Origin: Blastocystis sp. Blastoise
Lineage: Eukaryota; Protista; Bigyra: Opalinata
Length of the DNA: 64,000 nucleotides
NCBI GenBank assembly: GCA_039096225.1
Contig: JBBPEB010000021.1
Coordinates: 682,001-746,000, forward strand
Direction: 5' to 3'
Below are positions 13,766 through 42,150 of this stretch, piece by piece. A program made the position numbers and the translations under genes. Numbering within the stretch: the stretch's first letter is position 1; each line of letters opens with the position of its first letter. The notes beneath the pieces are model-generated. The model was not told where the DNA came from and searched no databases. It was given only the letters and a program-made list of their open reading frames with translations.

Positions 13766-15469
13766 TTAATGAAAAGTATCTGTATTAATATGGACCAACA
13801 TTTGATTATATATTTGGTTCTTTTTCTTCTCTTTATCCTCTTTCGTTGTACCAAAAACTATCTTTTGTGCTTTCTAAATAAGAAAATATAATTTTGTAAT
13901 ATTTTATAGAATAAATGATAATTATAAATATTATATTCCATATATATATATACCTGTTCTTTAAAATCATTATTACATAATGAAACAATTGATTCTATCA
14001 TTTCATCACCGTAAGTATTTTCTTTAACAAGATCTATATATTTCAATAATGAAGAAGAATCGGTCTGATTTAATGTATATAAACCAACCTATATATATAT
14101 ATAGTTAATTAATTAATTAATAAAGAATTATATATATATACAATTGCATTATCTTTATTAAATGCTGCAGCACCATAAGTTTTCTACATATATATATAAT
14201 CATATATATATACTGTTTTGATATTCATAAGAAAAAAATAATTATATAAAATAAAAACAACTATAATAGTGAATTTATTTAAAAAATATATAGATATATA
14301 CGCTCAGCATGGGAGATATATACACATAAGATACAGTTTCTTCACTACTTTTTATTGATTTTTCATTAGGTCGTGTTAGAATACCATGATTCGTGGAAAT
14401 TATTCCAAGATTCGGTGGTAATCCATTTTGTCCCGTGGAATTAATGAAAAGTGCTAAAGGATTTGATTGAGGAAATCCTACGCGTGGATTCATATAGGTT
14501 ACTGAAGGTCCTCCTTGGGTCAATAGCGGATTCCCTAGTAGACGTTGTTGTGATAATCCAGTTAAATCTTGACGTGAAAATAGACCCTCTACATGTAAAG
14601 TATTATTTGTTAATTGTGTATTATTTGGAATAGTATTCAAAGGGGGTAACTCTGTTAATGTAGAAGTAGGAAGAGAAGTAGAAGTAGATGTAGAAAGAGG
14701 AACAGAAGAAGGATGAGTAAGAAGAGACGATGATGTGTTTATATCAGTATTTGAAGGGGATATATTCATTACAGAAGGAACAGTAGGAGAAAGAAGAGTT
14801 GAATTCAATTCTTCTAATGCATGTATTACAGAATTATTACTATATATAAAATAGTATCATTTCTATAAATATATATATATATATACTTGAGTGATAGTTG
14901 TTTAAGAAGACAATTATTAGTATGTTCTGCTTGTGGATTACGGCCATCTCTATATACATAGCAATAAGGACAACGATTGATCTTCATATTTGTACTATAG
15001 GGCTCACAACTATATATATATATATATAAAGATTATATAACTTATCATTAAATTATATATATAGTTATTGTTATATATTATAGTTATATAATTATATTTA
15101 TAGTTTTATATAGTTATAGTTATATAATTAGATTTATAGTTTTATATAGTTATAGTTATATAGTTATAGTTATAGTTATATAAGTATATATACCCAATTG
15201 TTTGCCATTCTAGTTCTTTCACTACTTTAAACGTTGTACATAAATACTCACTTATAAGAGACATACAATGATCTATACCCAAAGGCTCTATATACATAGT
15301 AATATATATACCAATTATCATTATATAGATATATATATATATACTACGTTGACTATCTGAAGCAAAATCATCTATAGAAATAGTATTATTATTTTGTTAT
15401 TATTATGTTATATATATATACGTTTATCTCCAAAAAAATCAGCAGGTCGTTTTATCGCCTCTATATATT

Positions 15470-15551
<82 letters not shown>

Positions 15552-15557
15552 TCTCAG

Positions 15558-15590
<33 letters not shown>

Positions 15591-16947
15591 TTAATAATAT
15601 AATAATAATAATAATAATAATATACTATTGTCTTTATTTCGTTTACTCTTGACAAGAATAGGAGGGGTAGATACAGGGGCGATATCCCAGTTTTGCGGGA
15701 AATTATAATAATTGGGAAGAATATTGATAATAAACTTGCGTTGTTGATGATTCTTCGATACATCCTCTATTCTCAAATGACAATCACATTCACCCTATAG
15801 AATAATAAATAGAATCATAATAAATATAATCATAATAAATATAATCATAATAAATATAATAAATATAATCATAATAAATATAATCATAATAAATATAATC
15901 ATAATAAATAGAATCATAATAAATAGAATCATAATAAATAGAATCATAATAAATAGAATCATAATAAATAGAATCATAATAAATAGAATCATAATAAGTA
16001 TAATCATAATAAATAGAATCATAATAAATATAATTATAATTATAATAATAAAAATATATACATTAAGACCGATTTCACTCTTATCATCTAGAACCTTGAG
16101 TAATTGTCTGTTTACAGGTAAACTCTCTGGCGCGTCATACTGTAAATCATACGTTAACGGAATTAAACGGTGATCTGCATTATCCAATGACACAATCTTA
16201 TCATCAACATCCTATAGAATATAATAATAACAATAATAACAATAAAAAAAAACTATATATATATATATACCAATAACCTTATATGTAACGTAATACAGTT
16301 CTTTTTCCCTCCTTCATCTTTATACCAAATATTATTCTCGACATCATAATCTACAGATAACTTATAACGACTATATATATATATATATAGAATTCTAAAA
16401 CCAAATTAATAATCAATAAATACTTAAAAATAATAATCAGATTAAACTAACATAAAATATAAATAATTCATATTAAATAATATAGATACACGCATTTAAA
16501 AGAAGTCGAGAATCCATCTTCAATCTGAACGTTATCTTCACATTTGATTTGAATAGAAAAGGAACGATTTTCATGAGCAACAGAAAGCTCATTTACAGAC
16601 ATATTAAACGATAAGATTCCTTCTTTTGAAAACTGAAGATTTACTGTATCAATACTCTATATATATAAGTAAACATAAAATATTTTATAATAGAAGATGA
16701 TGACATTATATACTATAATTTGATTTCGAGAAAGAACACGAACATAGTTATTGTTCATATCCGTATAACATAAATAAACATGAACTACAGGAGTTTGACT
16801 ATAAAAATTATATTTTAAAAAAGAAAAAGCATTTAAAAAATACCCTATAACCAAGCAATTAGACTCTTCATTCAATAGAGTCAATGATACAGGAAAAGAT
16901 TGTTCTAAAAACACAAAATCAGGTAAAGGAGACACTTGGATCTTCAT
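13766..16947 (-). CDS. CudA-like (Ig-fold) putative transcription factor with a duplicated core domain and a CxxC...H...C module; many small exons
   Basis: Spliced motifs SVNELSVAHENRSFSI, WYKDEGGKKNCI, RIEDVSKNHQQRKF, DIAPVSTPPILVKSKRNK, ELEWQTIG and RCPYC...H...C resemble, from memory, a stramenopile/oomycete family related to CudA. Confidence 0.6.
15810..16035. repeat. Intronic 15-bp minisatellite (ATAATAAATAGAATC)n
   Basis: Direct periodic repeat. Confidence 0.88.
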
Positions 16948-17893
16948 AACTTGGATTTTTTTGACGAACTTATTAAATCAACTTGATATTAGATTTCAAT
17001 GTAAGATAGCGTTTAAAGACAAACTATCCTATAATAGATAAAATTGATACTTTAAATTTCTTTTCTTATTTTAGAAATTTCCCATGGATATACCCACCCA
17101 AAAAATTGAGCAAATGAGAATCGACCATTTCATTGGTTGTTTGTCTCTTTTCTTTCAATAAATGCCACTGATTTCTCTTGGAATTTGAGAGAAATTTTCG
17201 TTTTTTTCTAGAAAAAGCTATAAAATCATATCATGTTGATGTTTAACCGCATATATATTGGTTTTTGCTATTTAAAACTGTGTTATTTTATAATATATAT
17301 GTTCTGCAATTAATGATAAGGTCTGTTTACGTATTATAGACCGAGTTTATATTGATTTTGTCAATAAAATGGCTGTTTTACATAACATTAAGCTATTTTT
17401 TAATGATTATTCGTATATATGAGAATAGTATATTCAATTTACTGTTACTAAATGTGAAAACTATTCTATAAATTGATAGATTCTATGTCATGAACTTATT
17501 TAGACACGTATATTTAGATACTACGTTATAAAATTATTTGTATACATGAATTCTAAAGTTACTGTTTTCTGTCATGTAGTTTAACGTTTAAACGATTAAA
17601 AAAAATTAGAAAATCTTGAAATGATATATATTGATCAATAATTACCTATACAACAAAAGAAACAATCCAGAGTCAGCAAGGAATCACTTATTGTATGATT
17701 GATAAGCTATGCATACGAAAAAATAATATAAAAAAAGAAAATGATAGAAAAGTGAAAAAATATATATAATTTTATACTAAATTTTAAATAGATATTATAA
17801 AAACAATAGAATATGCAAATTTTCATTTCTTGTAAATTAAGATCATAATAATATTTTTTTTAAAATTATTATTATTAATATATATATATATAT

Positions 17894-21492
<3,599 letters not shown>

Positions 21493-21893
21493 CACTTCAA
21501 GTAATAATTAACGTAAAGGTCACTAATGTATTGTAAAAAAAGAAGATTAAACTTTGTACCAAAAAAGTTTGAAAACTCCCACACGGACAAAGAAATAATC
21601 AAGGGAATCTTATTCATAATATTTGAAACACATTTTGCCTTTAATATGAGTAATGAATAGAGATATAACCATTTAGATATTGTCAAACATAATTGAAAAG
21701 CTAATTTAAATTCTTAGTTTAAATTATAAATGAAAAATAAAGAACATGAATGATAATTGTTCAGTAGATTTATTAATTAGCAATAGTGAGTTATGTTGAA
21801 ACACTGAGGCAGTTTATTTAAACAAAATAATTATATATAATAAAATGAAACACAAAAAATAAACGATAAATGGGAGAAGTCATGATTTATCTA

Positions 21894-22524
21894 TCAGTTC
21901 TTGGGATTCTGAATATCTCTTTGTACTATAGATGTGAATAATTTAGATATAAATATAGATATATGTTTAAAATAAAGAGTAAAATATAGAATTATATGAA
22001 TATACATATTTTGATAAGCATATCTGGGTCAACAACACTGATGCATCTTTTAATAAGTTCAATATGATTATCTGTGGTATCCATACGAATGGCATCCGTG
22101 ATACATAAAGAGTTAGGAGGATATATATAAGGATATTGTAAAGAAGGCATAGTTGACATACAAGACTAAAAATAATATAAAATAAGATATATATATTATA
22201 TAGAATGGTGAATATATTGAAAACTATATTGTATACTCAGTATAGCATATAAGAATAATATATATATATATACATAGAACACAAATGAATGTTCAAAGAA
22301 TTGAATAACAGATGGATTCGACCATAGTGTATAAAAATATCCAAAGTTAATCTCATCCTTATCATCCTATATATTATTATTATTATTATGATATGATATA
22401 TAGATTATATATATAGATATATATATATACATAAAAGAAACAATAAACAATTTCACCATTTTGTAAATGTTTACATACCTATATATAAATTAATAATAAT
22501 ATAAGTATAATTAGTATAATAATA

Positions 22525-22555
<31 letters not shown>

Positions 22556-22839
22556 CATATTGATTAGACATAAATGAATTCTGATGACAAACTCCTAAGA
22601 ATTCTTGTTCAGTCTTTTCTATATATATATATATAAATTATATATTATATATTATATATTTAGTTTCATATTAATTGATTATAGAATAAAATATTAAAAA
22701 AAATATTATAATATTATTCTAATAGAATCTAACTAAAACTACTTATAATAATCATCATATGTATATATATACTTGTAAGTGAAACAGGGAATAATCGCGA
22801 GAGTTCATCACTTGAATGAATACGAACAGGAGGAGCATC

Positions 22840-22918
<79 letters not shown>

Positions 22919-23518
22919 AAAAACAATAAAATAAAACAACAATAAAACAAATATAAAATAAAGCAACAATAAAATAAAACAATAACAACAACAACAATAA
23001 TAAAATAAATTACTTTGAATTATTCTTATATTCGCTATATCTTCTTGAAGAGCACGATGTTCTAGAAAAGTTGATGTTTGAGTAGGTATTTGTGCTGTTT
23101 TATCATCATTAACACCTTCAGAAATTATTAACTCATGTTTATCTTCAGAATCTACATTTCCTGATTCAGAAATATCAGCAGTATCCTTGATTTCTTCTTG
23201 AACGATAGGTTCAGATCTTTGTTCAGGAGTAACGGATAAATCCCGGGCTTTCTCATCATCAATAGGAATATCTGTTGATTCTTTTGGCTCATCATCAATA
23301 ATCTTGATCTCCATAGGTGGATTCAGAATATCTTCCATTTGCTGATCCTTCTCATTATTTTCCACCTCATGAAGTCTATGATTTTGTTGATCATCAAAAA
23401 ACATATCAACAGCCCTTTCTGGAATACAGTTGTTGTGGCGTAAATAGTATCTGCATGTTGCTACATTTGCTGCTGTACTGTCACGTACTTTGATGATCAA
23501 ATCAATATCCGAATCCAT
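21894..23518 (-). CDS. UBA-like + UAS (thioredoxin-like) protein, UBXN7/FAF-related, with no visible UBX domain
   Basis: N-terminal CRYYLRHNNCIPERAVDMFF is UBA-like. Later exons give DELSRLFP and FYTLWSNPSVIQFFEHSFVFY, which is UAS-like. Ends ...IQNPKN-TGA. The first acceptor is anomalous (see findings). Confidence 0.6.
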
Positions 23519-24254
23519 TATTTATAATTTCTAAATTAAATATAAAACGAAAATGATAAAAAAAAATGTTCAAGTTTTATTTAATAAAGAAATTGTCTTA
23601 GTTTTCTAGTTATTTTTCCCTTTTTTTTTTTAACAAATTTCTTATCTTTTTCGTATATATTTGTAAAAAGAATTAATTTAATACCTTATAGAACCTAGTT
23701 TGAGGAGATTCTTATTTCAAAAGAATGTGTCTATGAAGCCCATTTTGTAATTGTCGTATGTTTTGAAAAGATCCATTGATTTTTTTACATTATAGATTGC
23801 CATATAGTATTACAATGTGTAAAAACTTGTTTAATAATACTCATTTTCATAAAAGAAAGAACTATATGTCTTTAAAAACATTTTTACTAGAATTCTATTT
23901 ATATTGCTATATACGTTGAATATCAAATATATTTTCATATCAATAATAAGAAATATAGCATAGAAATAATATATATAAATATAAACAAACAACATCGAAA
24001 CTATAATATATTTATTATGATATTATTTTAAAAAATAAGAAACTATATAGAAACAGTAGAGAATAATAATATGATTTATATATATATATATAATATACAT
24101 AATAAATGTGAATCAAATATAAAGATAAGTGGAAAAAATTTAAAATAATATATAAAAGTAATAAATAGAATAAGAATAAAAATGATATATTGATTGATTG
24201 ATTTATTATTTGTAGATAATTATACAGTTATATATGAAAATATATTATTATTCT

Positions 24255-24320
24255 TTAAGAGAGAGAATCAATTTCTATTTTTAATTGATTCATCCATTCA
24301 AGATCTTCTTTTAATATATC

Positions 24321-24367
<47 letters not shown>

Positions 24368-25073
24368 AAATTTTTAAAAAATCAATAATAATGTTAATAT
24401 CATTATTATTATATTTATTATTATTTGATATTATTGTTATATGTGATTCATAATATATAAGCTACAATAAATCATTATATATAATATAAAAAGAAATAAA
24501 AGAAGTAAAAATACAAAAAAAAAATAGAAATAAAAATAAAAACTATATGTATATACTATATAAATCTTGATTTGGTAAAAGATTAATAGTATCTAAATAT
24601 GCTCTTGATGTTTTAAGCCATATTTTCGTATTTGGATTATTATCTTGTAAATAGCTTCGAATCTTTTTAACACCAAAACGAAAAGATGTTATTTGACGTA
24701 ATAATTTACCAGCATCTTGATATCGAGAGAGAAGTTTTGCTTGATTCTGAATATTCTGATATGGACCATCAATCTCACATTTCAAAAGCTTAAATCTTTT
24801 TGTTATATCAGTCACTTTAGATCGTATAACACCAAAATCCTTCTTTGTTTCTGCTAAACTATTCAACTCTGAATAAAGTTCAGACTTATTCACACTCACA
24901 ATTTCTTGTAAGTCTGTCTTAATATCATCTAAATAAGAACCTAATAACTTTGACGATGCATCAAGATCTCCTTCACCTTCCTTTGTTTTAAGAGATTCAA
25001 TAGTATCACTTGTGTATTTTTCTGGAACAAATGTTGGAGATAAAAACTGTGACAGATTTGCTATAGAAATCAT
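24255..25073 (-). CDS. COG5: COG5 N-terminal-domain-only protein (about 195 aa); exons 25073-24557 and 24325-24255
   Basis: FLSPTFVPEKY...EIDGPYQNIQNQAKLLSRYQDAGKLLRQITSF...DLYKIDILKEDLEWM is collinear with the COG5 N-terminal region. Confidence 0.75.
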
Positions 25074-25586
25074 GATGAAATAAAAAAGAAGACAAAATGA
25101 AATGAATATCGATATTACGATCTTGTTTGATGTTTGTTATAGTCACAGATTCATTGCTATCCATCGTAATGAAACAAATAAAGAAATAAAAATAAAATAA
25201 TTTTTTATAGATTCCCATGACTATGAACAAATATACACTGAATTTTGAATAATTTCTTTGTTTAAAAATGATTCTTTGTTTTAAAAAAAATTATTTGTTA
25301 ATGAAGCATTAGACTAAAGAAGAAACAACAAAGAATAAATATTGAAACAGTAAAAACAAGAATATTATAATCAAGTTTTGAAGCAATGAAAAGTAGAAAA
25401 GAAATGAATAGAGAAATAAAATATTGAAGAACTGTTTTTCAATTTATAAAAAGAACCACTTCGATAATTATTAGAAAAGAAAAACATAGCAAACATATTG
25501 TAAAAGAAAAAGAAAAGAAAAAGAAAAGAAAAAAGAAGTATAGATATCTGTATGTAAAGAATATATATATATATATATATATTGAT

Positions 25587-32748
<7,162 letters not shown>

Positions 32749-33023
32749 TTTGTTTGTTTAAGATATGAATTCGTTAGTATAGGCTTTCAATTGAATAAAT
32801 TTATTACGTTGACAAAAAGTGATCAAGATATGCTTTATAATAATATGATATAAAAAATTGAAATCTCTACCTCTTGTCGACGTTGGCTACCGATATTATC
32901 GAATAATTACGAAGCTCTGTCCAAATTACTCATTAAATTCACGGGAATTTCAAAGAGTTTCTCGCTTCTAATTTGTTACTGTTTTCTACTCAAAAAATAT
33001 GATTTCATATATTTTTCCTTAAG

Positions 33024-34133
33024 ATGTCCGTAACCAAATTATCAAATGCTTTAGTATATTTATTTCAATCTAATCTTTAAATAAAGAATAATTATTATAG
33101 TTAAGAACTGGTCCCTTCAGACCTTGTAGATTACATCAATTTCAGTGTTTGAATTATGAGACTGTATGGGACTGGCAAAAGCAGTTGCAGAAAGCAAGAT
33201 TTAGAAAGCAAATTCCTGATGTTTTAATGACTGTAAGTCATCCAAAAGTATATACATTAGGAAGAGGTGGTGATGTCAACAATATTTTATTTGATATGAA
33301 TGACCCTAACTACAAGCTATACAAAATCGAACGAGGAGGTCAGGTATTTTTGCACACCATTTTCAATTGTTTTTATTACTTTAACTCTATATTTTTGATC
33401 TCTAAAATAGGTTACACATCATTATCCAGGGCAGTTGGTTGCATATCCAATCTTAAATCTTAATTACTATGGAAAAGATCTACATTTATATTTGAGAATG
33501 GTATGCATTTTATCGAATTTAAAATACTTTTGATTTTATTTTATGAATATTTATAGTTTTTAATTATATCAATTTGTTCTTAGTCTTTTTCTTTGTGATT
33601 TTATTTGATTCTTTTTTCATTATTTTATATTGAAATATATTAATTGTTATTATTATAGATGGAAGAAGTAATTATTCGTACATTATTTCATTTTGATATA
33701 GAAGCTGGAAGAGAAGAAGGTATGACAGGTGTCTGGGTTAATGGTAAGAAAATTGCAGCTATGGGTATGTATGTATCAAGGTATGTTTATATGAAATTGA
33801 GATTAATTGTGTCCATATTTTAAATTGATTATTATTTATGAATTTATATAGAGATATATTGTTTAATTATGTTGTCTTTATTTATTTTTTATATATTTTT
33901 TTTATATTATTATATTTTTTTCTTTATATTTATTGTATTATAAAAGTAATTATGTTTATAATTTTACAGATGGATTACAATGCATGGTATTAGTTTGAAT
34001 GTATATAATGATTTAGATGGATTTAAAAAGATTATTCCTTGTGGGTTAAAAGGAAAAGAAGTATGTTGTATGGAAGAATATGTTCCTAATATTTCTATGG
34101 ACATTGTTAGGTATATATATATAGATATATATA

Positions 34134-34194
<61 letters not shown>

Positions 34195-34549
34195 TGTAAC
34201 TTATTCTTATGTTTCTATCTTATTTACTTGTTATTATATTTTATTATAATTCTTTTACTGTATTATGATTCTATTTACTTGTCATATAATTCATTTTTTA
34301 TATCTATATATTTTTTTTTGTTATTTTAATAATATATTTTATTCTTTCATATATTCCTTAATCAATTCATACTCCTTATTCAACTCCTATATTTCTTTCT
34401 ATTTCTCTAGAAAACGATTCTTAGGTGAATTTGAAGATGTTTTTCAAACACAGTTTTATTTAGGCTCTCGTACTTCTCCCTTAGATTGTGATCAACCTCA
34501 AGCGCCTTCTTATGTTCAAACCTATTATAATACCTTTAAAATGAACTAA
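33024..34549 (+). CDS. lipB: Octanoyltransferase LipB (6 exons)
   Basis: Motifs [58 protein letters not shown] and IIPCGL. Confidence 0.93.
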
Positions 34550-35265
34550 AATAATATATTAAATAAATATTATTTTAATTCATCGATTAATAGAAATATA
34601 TTTAGTTATATATACTTTTGACATTCACTTTTTAAACTTTTATATATTATTTATTTTCATTTTTGTTTTTAAATTTATTTATATCACTTGTTTGTATGTT
34701 ATTTATTTTGACAAGTTATCCTGTATATATATATATGTATATAATCTTTTTCATATTCATTTAGATAATATTTACTTAAATATTTATCTACCTATTCTAC
34801 TTTCTTATTAATATATGTATTTTATATAATTCTTCTCTTTTTTTTTTGTTTATATATTTAGATTTGTATGTTTTCTATAAATGTTTATTTTTTTTTAATT
34901 CAACACCTTTTTAAGTTTCTTTTTCAGTTTTCATATTTTGTATCCTTATTCTTCCTAATATTTAACATGAATTTGTTTAGTTTGTATTCATTTAAAATCA
35001 TTGAATAAATTAATAATGAAAACAAAACAAAAAATATAAATGCAAATATTAATACATGCAACTACAGTAAAAGATACTTTATTAATCATAAAGATCGAAA
35101 AGAAAAGAGAAAGTGCAAAATAAGAAAAAGGAACAATCAATATTTAAAAAAAGAATAAAACCCATAAATAGTATATATATCTCATAAGTATTTTGTCAGT
35201 TTTTTGGATTAAATAGAAAAAAATGAATCAAATAATTATTCTCATATATATATTTATATATAAAT

Positions 35266-35724
35266 TTAAATAGACTTCGCATGGCATAAATCTTCAGAAC
35301 AATGTCTATGATATTTTCCTTCAGGTAATTCTACAATATCTCCTTCTTTTAAGAAGCTCAAACAAATAGGACATACTTCAAGATCATCAATATTACTTAC
35401 ATCAATAACTAGTCTTGTCCAATTTGATTTTATATCATGAAAATCAACAGGAAACTTAAGTTCTTCTTCCACAATTTGAATACCTTGTTTTGCTGTCTTC
35501 ATAGAAGAAGATTTATTATCAAAAACACAATAATAAAAACTAAATTTACACTTTTGGAAAGCGAAATATTCTAAATCGACAAGTTTTCCACATGTAGGAC
35601 AAGAAAATTCAGAATAGTCTTCTGTAATATCAAAATGTCCGCATCCAATGCATTTAGTCACAGTGTGGTTATGATAAGAACACTCAGAATTGTCACAAGT
35701 TCCGTAAAGATATAAACCAGACAT
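35266..35724 (-). CDS. 152-aa Cys-rich zinc-binding protein with a degenerate C-terminal RING-H2-like motif
   Basis: Uninterrupted ORF with GLYLYGTCDNSEC...GCGHFDI...CPTC...KCKF, followed by CPICL...YHRHC. Confidence 0.7.
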   Translation of the reverse strand: MSGLYLYGTCDNSECSYHNHTVTKCIGCGHFDITEDYSEFSCPTCGKLVDLEYFAFQKCKFSFYYCVFDNKSSSMKTAKQGIQIVEEELKFPVDFHDIKSNWTRLVIDVSNIDDLEVCPICLSFLKEGDIVELPEGKYHRHCSEDLCHAKSI

Positions 35725-38138
35725 GTCTATGTTATTTAAAAACCTAAAAACAAATTATAGAATGAACAATAGAATTACATACTTTTAAACACCACTAAAA
35801 TAGTAATAATAATAAAGTATAAAACTTTATGATAAATTAAAAAAGAAATAGATCCTTAACATATTTGTGTAAATTAATTGAGAGCAATAATAGAAAATAA
35901 TTTAAAACGAACATGATTTCATTTTTATTGGTCACTTCAACAGTATAAACAAATCAAAACTGTGATTTTTTGAAAAGATTCATTTCATGTTCTAGATGTC
36001 GTCTTTAATCTCGACAACAATGACGCATTACTGTTATCTCATCGAAGATTCTATTGGATAAGAATTCTGTATTAAACAAATAATTCTATGTGATTCAATG
36101 ACAAATCATCCATTCTTTGAAAACACTATTTGGAAGTGATTCATGATATTCAAAACATTTCATTTTATTGTAGATTATTTCAAGATTAACTAATATTATT
36201 CAATTAATATTTTGTAGATAACTCACTCTTTTATATATTTATTAAGAGAAAACAAACTAGAATAAAATGGCATAAAAAAGAAAATACTCACTTAATTATC
36301 TAGTTTAATATATGAATTTTTGATATATATTACATTTCCAGATTTTGGCGTAAAGAAAAATGCATATATTTTAAATTATAAAAAGGAATGATTTCAAATT
36401 TCTTTCTTTCTTCTTGATATAGATTATCCATAGATATCATTCTCACTAATTATATGCATTACTTAAACCAATCTATAATTTTTTTTCATTTTTCTTTAAT
36501 ATTAAAGCATTTTTCAGAAATTATTCTAAATAATATAAGATTACATGTAAGCATCATTTTTATATACTATGTGAATACTATTTTAAACTTTATTTATATT
36601 GAATTCAACAATGAGAAAGAATACTATCTTCGAACAACTCACAGAAACGTATACGAATATCTAGTTGATAAACCTAGAATGATAAACTTTTATTTTATAT
36701 ATTTCTTTTTAATAAACTCTCCTATAAATATATTTTAATTTTTTTTTACTCTAAAAAAGTATTCTGTTATTTATTATTTTTCTTTTTATTTAGCTTTTTA
36801 GGAAAAATTATTAATAAAATTATAAAAAATATATTTTTACATTCATTTGTTCCTAAATTATATGACTGAAGGCTTTATATTTAAATTTATAACGTTAGAT
36901 TTGATTATTCAAAGATTTAATCTCCCATTAACTTCGTGTTTATGAATCAAATGCTATGTAACTATTTGATGAATTTATAAACAGTATAAGAACGTAAGTG
37001 TCAATAGGATCGTGGAGAATATTGTTTGGTTATCATTTTGTTATTATATAATTTTTAATTACAATTAATGTAATAAACTATAAACTATAAAAAAATTAAA
37101 TTTCTAACAAGTCGTATAAATAAAAAAGTAAAATGTGTGGATCACTGGTAGGCACTTTTGAGTTTTTGAAGGTTTTTGATTGGCTAATTTTCGTTCAGAA
37201 CTTATTCAGCCAATAAAATTTGAATAAAAAAAAGACTTAGGCAAAAAAATGAAAATTTTCACAAAAATTTTAAGACGACGTTTTATTAGACTTTAAAAAT
37301 CATACTAGACATGCTTTTTAATAAAATTGACATTATTTTATTATATCAGTGGGTCACCCAATATCCAAAACGTTTTTATTTATTTTAAAGTCGCAATTCC
37401 GACAAATAATGGGGTCAATATTTTAAAACCTTTTGTTGCTCTGTTTAAAGTTTAGACCGTTTTACAGTCATAAATGTAATTAAAAGTCAATCAGCTGACC
37501 TCTATGGCTCAGAACCAAAATTCAGCCAAAAAGTCAAAAATTTATATTTTTTTTACACTGAAAAATTGAACCGAGCCTATTTGTTCCATGGGCAATCAGA
37601 CCAGAGTTTTGAATTTTTAAAATATTTACGGGAATAATTTTCTTGTTTAAAAGTGAGTCTATTTATATTTTATTATATATCATAGGACATAAGAGTTTTA
37701 AAAGACTTTTTTCATTTTATTCTATCATGACTTAAAGTTCCGCATACAAAGAGTATGTCAAAACTTATAAAAAAACTACTTTTCCTCAGAATCAAAGAAA
37801 AGTCTTTTAAAGAGTTGTTTTGAGAGTTAATTATGTATTATAAAAACGTTTCAAGTTATAATCAATAGTTTTTAGAACAGAATATAAACAGATCAGAGAG
37901 TCAACAAAAATGAGTATTTTTTTAAAACCTGAAAGTAGTGGGATACAATAATGTTGTGTCAATAGTGTAATATATAATTGTTAAAACTTGTTATTTTAGT
38001 ATTGAGTCATAAAAAATTTAAAAAAATTTAAAAATGAATTTTTATGAAAATTTTTAGTATTTGACTAAAAAATTGACTTTAAATATGAATTTATCTTTAT
38101 TTTTAATTTGTTGTATACAAGCAGATCTAGTGACTGCT

Positions 38139-42150
<4,012 letters not shown>

